Positions 60,550 to 64,000 of a stretch of 64,000 nt of DNA are shown piece by piece. Both the position numbers and the translations under genes were made by a program. The notes beneath the pieces are model-generated. The model made no database searches and was not told where the DNA came from. It saw nothing but the letters and a program-made list of their open reading frames with translations. This DNA is from Schizochytrium sp. TIO01 (lineage: Eukaryota > Protista > Bigyra: Labyrinthulomycetes), in contig SMSO01000005.1 of assembly GCA_004764695.1 (NCBI GenBank), forward strand, positions 1,302,001-1,366,000, read 5' to 3'. The stretch's first letter is position 1, and every line of letters begins with the position of its first letter.

Positions 60550-63105
60550 ATGTTGCGAAGAGGCCACACAATACCAGCGGCGATCCCTGCAAGAACACCT
60601 GAGTCGCCCGCAGGCAATGTATCAGATAGTAGTCACAACAGCAACATGAATGATCGTTCGGTGCTGGAAGCTCGCAGCAAGCATGCTGTGGACCTGTACA
60701 GGTGTGCTAAAAAATGCTTTAAGGAGAACGACTGCGATGAAGCACTGAGACTGCTTGAAGAGGCACTCGAGTTTAATCACCACCTCAATATTGCGCGCAG
60801 CCTGCAAGATCAAATCTACGCTCACTTGGAGGAAGGTCGTTCGCCGGCCTGGGCTCACTGCTCTGTGAGTAAGTCATGTCCATCTGTATTCCAAGGATCC
60901 TCGGTAGCACAGTCTTCGGCTACTATTAGCAGGAGGTCATCCACATCATCATCATCTTCTTCTTCTTCTTCTATTTCTCGTGGATCATCAAGGGCAAAGC
61001 CAAGCACATATGAAGAGCATAGAAATCCTGCTGTTATTGGAGAGTCTAATGATCATTGCCCAATGTCCTTCGGAAGCATCTCGCCTGGTACAAGGAGAAA
61101 CCTTTTTGCAGAGAACCAAAACAGCCTCAACAGCAGCCCGGAGTCTGTAAGGAGCAGTGCCAGCAAAGGAAAAGTCCATAGCAATAGGAGGCGCTCTGGA
61201 GGTAGTAGAGGGCGTCGGCACCACCAGGCTCTCAACAAAAGTGTAGACAGTGTACCCTTTCTCCAGCTCGGCAAATCGTCATCATTCAGCGAGGGCGTGT
61301 CTCTTGCACGCAGCCGAGCCGCAAGTCAACGGCAACCTCTTTTGAGAACGAAGTCGCAGTCTTTTGCACAACAAATAAATAACCTTTCTCCAGTGGCAAT
61401 GCGCCATGGACAATTCCAAAATGCACGCGACCCCAAACGCCTGCGATTGAGTCTTGACAGCGTGAGTAGTGTGGGAAGCTCAGGGCCATTCCACTTCAAC
61501 GGATTATGTGAGACACTTGACGATGATAACGCTGCCACGCGTACTGTATGCTCTTCCGCCTCAAGTGTGTCCCTTGCGAGCGTCCATACAGAGGCTAATC
61601 ACCTCGATCAGGACCCCGAGAGTACAACAGGATATTCACCAACATTTATTACTTCCAGAAACGAAGATGCTGCTACATCTAGCAGCTCATTCGTAACACA
61701 CGGTGCCCCCACTCCAGTTATCTCTCACAGCCCGACACTGCCACGATCCCGTCAGCGCAGCCAAAATCAGCAGCAGCTGCTGAGAACTCCCAAGCTGCAA
61801 GATGAGTCCCCTGAATTTTTGATCCGCGACTTTCGCAGCCGACCTGGTACATCTGCTGACGCGAGTTTCCTCTCGCCGCAACCTTTCCCGAGTGTTTTGA
61901 CCCCGAAGATGCCGGGTTCTGCGGGTTCAGTGATGTCAGGAATTGAGGGACCGGCACTAACGGAATCCCCAGAGCTCATTAACACACGCCGCGGTGCTGG
62001 AACCTCAAAGGTCGAGCTCGGAAATGTTCGTCGTCGCTTCGATCAGTTGGAGGTAGAGGAGAAGGACCCATCGCTCAGCTCAGAGCGGCGCTCGATCCCC
62101 ATGGAGGAGACCGAGGACAGCCTGCATGAGCATGATGAGCACACCAGAAACAACGATGTCAGCAGAAACATTGCGACCTCTTCGCGCTTTAGAGTGACTG
62201 CTTCGGCATCTGCAATGAGCTTTGGCCGCCCCCTGCCGTTTCCGGAACCTACAAAGCGGTCTGAAGGTGAACTTGTGGGCACTAGCTTGCCGCAGCGCCA
62301 GACTCGCAAGGCTAAACAGCGCGATCGCCGCCTTGCATGCCCATCCACAAACTTGCTCCGCAACCGCGGAGGCAAGGAAAACGGCAGCATGCCTTACAAC
62401 AGCCGGACGAGCGCTCTCAAGTGCGCAAAGACTCCCGCAAGGCAACTTGGAGGCCCGCCCTGCTTCGAGACTCCGACTCGCGATCAACAGTGCCAACTTG
62501 CTAGCGCACAATTCGACCCAGCTCTTGTGGTCAATGCGCTGGAACAGGCTGGCGTTCGCATGCTTGCGCTTGACTTTGATAACACTCTTATTGCTACTCA
62601 TACTAAGGGTCAGTTCCGTGGTTCCGTTAAGGACCTCAAGATCCGACCCATCTTTCGTTCTATTGTGCCTGCCGTGCTTGAGGCCGGCATTGCCATTAGC
62701 ATTGTGACTTTTAGCCCTCAAGTACAAATCGTCAAGCAGCTCTTGTCGGATACTTTCCCTACGGTCAAACTTGGATCCAACACTTTTGTTTGTGGCGCTC
62801 TCCCGAATGCCGTACTCGCATCATGTAACCTTTCTTTTAGCGATGCGGAAAATAAGCAATCCCCTATGTGCTATTCGCCACGTCAAGTTGGCAAACGCCC
62901 TCACATTCGCATGGTCTGTGATGAACATGCCTGGGCAAACAAGTGCGATGCCATTGGCCTAGACCAGGTTCTACTGGTTGATGATGACAAAAACAATATT
63001 GATACTGCCAAGCGTGCTGGCATCAAGGCTGTCTGGTTTCGTGCTGACTATGAGTGCAACGCAGCTGAGCTGCAACTTTTTGTAGAATTGCAAACCCCCA
63101 TGTGA
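60550..63105 (+). CDS. HAD-superfamily phosphatase (C-terminal) with N-terminal TPR-like hairpin and long S/T/P-rich disordered linker, 851 aa
   Basis: HAD motif I LALDFDNT, motif II IVTF, motif III GKRPH and motif IV LLVDDDKNN. TPR-like AVDLYRCAKKCFKENDCDEALRLLEEALEFN. Confidence 0.82.
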   Translation: MLRRGHTIPAAIPARTPESPAGNVSDSSHNSNMNDRSVLEARSKHAVDLYRCAKKCFKENDCDEALRLLEEALEFNHHLNIARSLQDQIYAHLEEGRSPAWAHCSVSKSCPSVFQGSSVAQSSATISRRSSTSSSSSSSSSISRGSSRAKPSTYEEHRNPAVIGESNDHCPMSFGSISPGTRRNLFAENQNSLNSSPESVRSSASKGKVHSNRRRSGGSRGRRHHQALNKSVDSVPFLQLGKSSSFSEGVSLARSRAASQRQPLLRTKSQSFAQQINNLSPVAMRHGQFQNARDPKRLRLSLDSVSSVGSSGPFHFNGLCETLDDDNAATRTVCSSASSVSLASVHTEANHLDQDPESTTGYSPTFITSRNEDAATSSSSFVTHGAPTPVISHSPTLPRSRQRSQNQQQLLRTPKLQDESPEFLIRDFRSRPGTSADASFLSPQPFPSVLTPKMPGSAGSVMSGIEGPALTESPELINTRRGAGTSKVELGNVRRRFDQLEVEEKDPSLSSERRSIPMEETEDSLHEHDEHTRNNDVSRNIATSSRFRVTASASAMSFGRPLPFPEPTKRSEGELVGTSLPQRQTRKAKQRDRRLACPSTNLLRNRGGKENGSMPYNSRTSALKCAKTPARQLGGPPCFETPTRDQQCQLASAQFDPALVVNALEQAGVRMLALDFDNTLIATHTKGQFRGSVKDLKIRPIFRSIVPAVLEAGIAISIVTFSPQVQIVKQLLSDTFPTVKLGSNTFVCGALPNAVLASCNLSFSDAENKQSPMCYSPRQVGKRPHIRMVCDEHAWANKCDAIGLDQVLLVDDDKNNIDTAKRAGIKAVWFRADYECNAAELQLFVELQTPM

Positions 63106-63810
63106 CAACATTTTTTTCCTGTTCTTTATGTTTATTTGTCTTCTCTCCTGTTTTTCGTTTTGCATCTCTTTTGCTCTGGACTTGCTTTATTTTGCTTGAT
63201 GGGATGATCTTATTTTAAAACGTGTGAACTCAAAGTTAAATTCTCCGCTAGAGACGATTCAACTTGTGTACCTATAACAGCGACTAAATAAAGAGTAAGA
63301 CAAAGCTCGGCAACTTCTACAACAAAAGCCCTTTAAAAAAATCAAACAAAACTGGACATTTCTTCGTCGTTTTATTCTGCACTCCTGCTAACCCAAGCCC
63401 TACAAGTAAGGATGCAGAATTGGTTGATATCGGGCATCTTCAAGATACGTATAATTCCATCAGGTACTAATTAACTAGTGAATCGGTGAGACAATCTCAA
63501 TCTTCATAGTAGCAGTACTTACCGAGGTGCCCACCCAGTTGGTAGGGAGCGAAAATACAAATCAAACAATTACTCACTGGGGTGTGTACTATAGATATAA
63601 GGAGGGAATAAAGGGAAATCACTAACGGCCATATTTCTGCTTGGATGCGGCTCTTTGGCAAAAGAAGCAGGGTTTCACAGTCTTTGTGTTTACTTTGGCC
63701 GCCCCTTCGCAGAAACTTATTAGAAACTTGACGAAGCAAAACTCCTGAATGTATTCACATCTTTAGCACTCGTAAAGGACAGCAGAGTTGGATGAATGAA
63801 GTGAAGAAAA

Positions 63811-64000
63811 ATGCAACGAGTTGACGTGCAAGCATCCAAGTGCCATAACGCAACACGGTTATTTCTGATTAATGAAAAGTATAAGGCGCTGCAAAGCCGG
63901 GGCATCGATGAAGAGACCTTGGCATGCTTGCACGAGGCATGTGAAGCGAAACAGCAATTGTATGGGCCAGATCATGGCTGGGCCATGGAAACGACGCAAG
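63811..64000 (+). CDS. Partial ORF running off the window, kinesin-light-chain-type TPR-like
   Basis: Open frame from ATG 63811: ...ALQSRGIDEETLACLHEACEAKQQLYGPDHGWAMETTQ, resembling the TPR_10/12 consensus (EAL...A......LGPDH). May be a relic. Confidence 0.35.
   Translation, partial: MQRVDVQASKCHNATRLFLINEKYKALQSRGIDEETLACLHEACEAKQQLYGPDHGWAMETTQ

Overview
Eukaryotic nuclear DNA, not prokaryotic: long, mostly intronless single-gene ORFs, one clear GT-AG spliced gene, and AT-rich intergenic DNA with GC-rich promoter-like islands and many microsatellites. Gene style and content suggest a stramenopile protist, probably a thraustochytrid/labyrinthulomycete (inference). The first ~11.9 kb has no credible gene. 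It is followed by a Zn2Cys6 transcription factor, an unknown membrane protein, a neurochondrin-like gene split by a -1 frameshift, a 3-exon IAH1-like SGNH esterase, an SLC35F transporter, a KDM5/JARID1 histone demethylase, an orphan ORF, a myristoylated truncated-globin-like protein, a tandem PstS + class C GPCR fusion, an MLKL-like helical bundle-kinase-WD40 protein, a GHKL ATPase with a mitochondrial-type presequence, and a HAD-family phosphatase carrying cell-cycle motifs. The best leads are the PstS-GPCR (candidate extracellular phosphate receptor) and the 4HB-kinase-WD40 protein (candidate immune/cell-death effector). No rRNA, tRNA or CRISPR array was recognised. All family calls come from reading motifs by eye; no searches were run.
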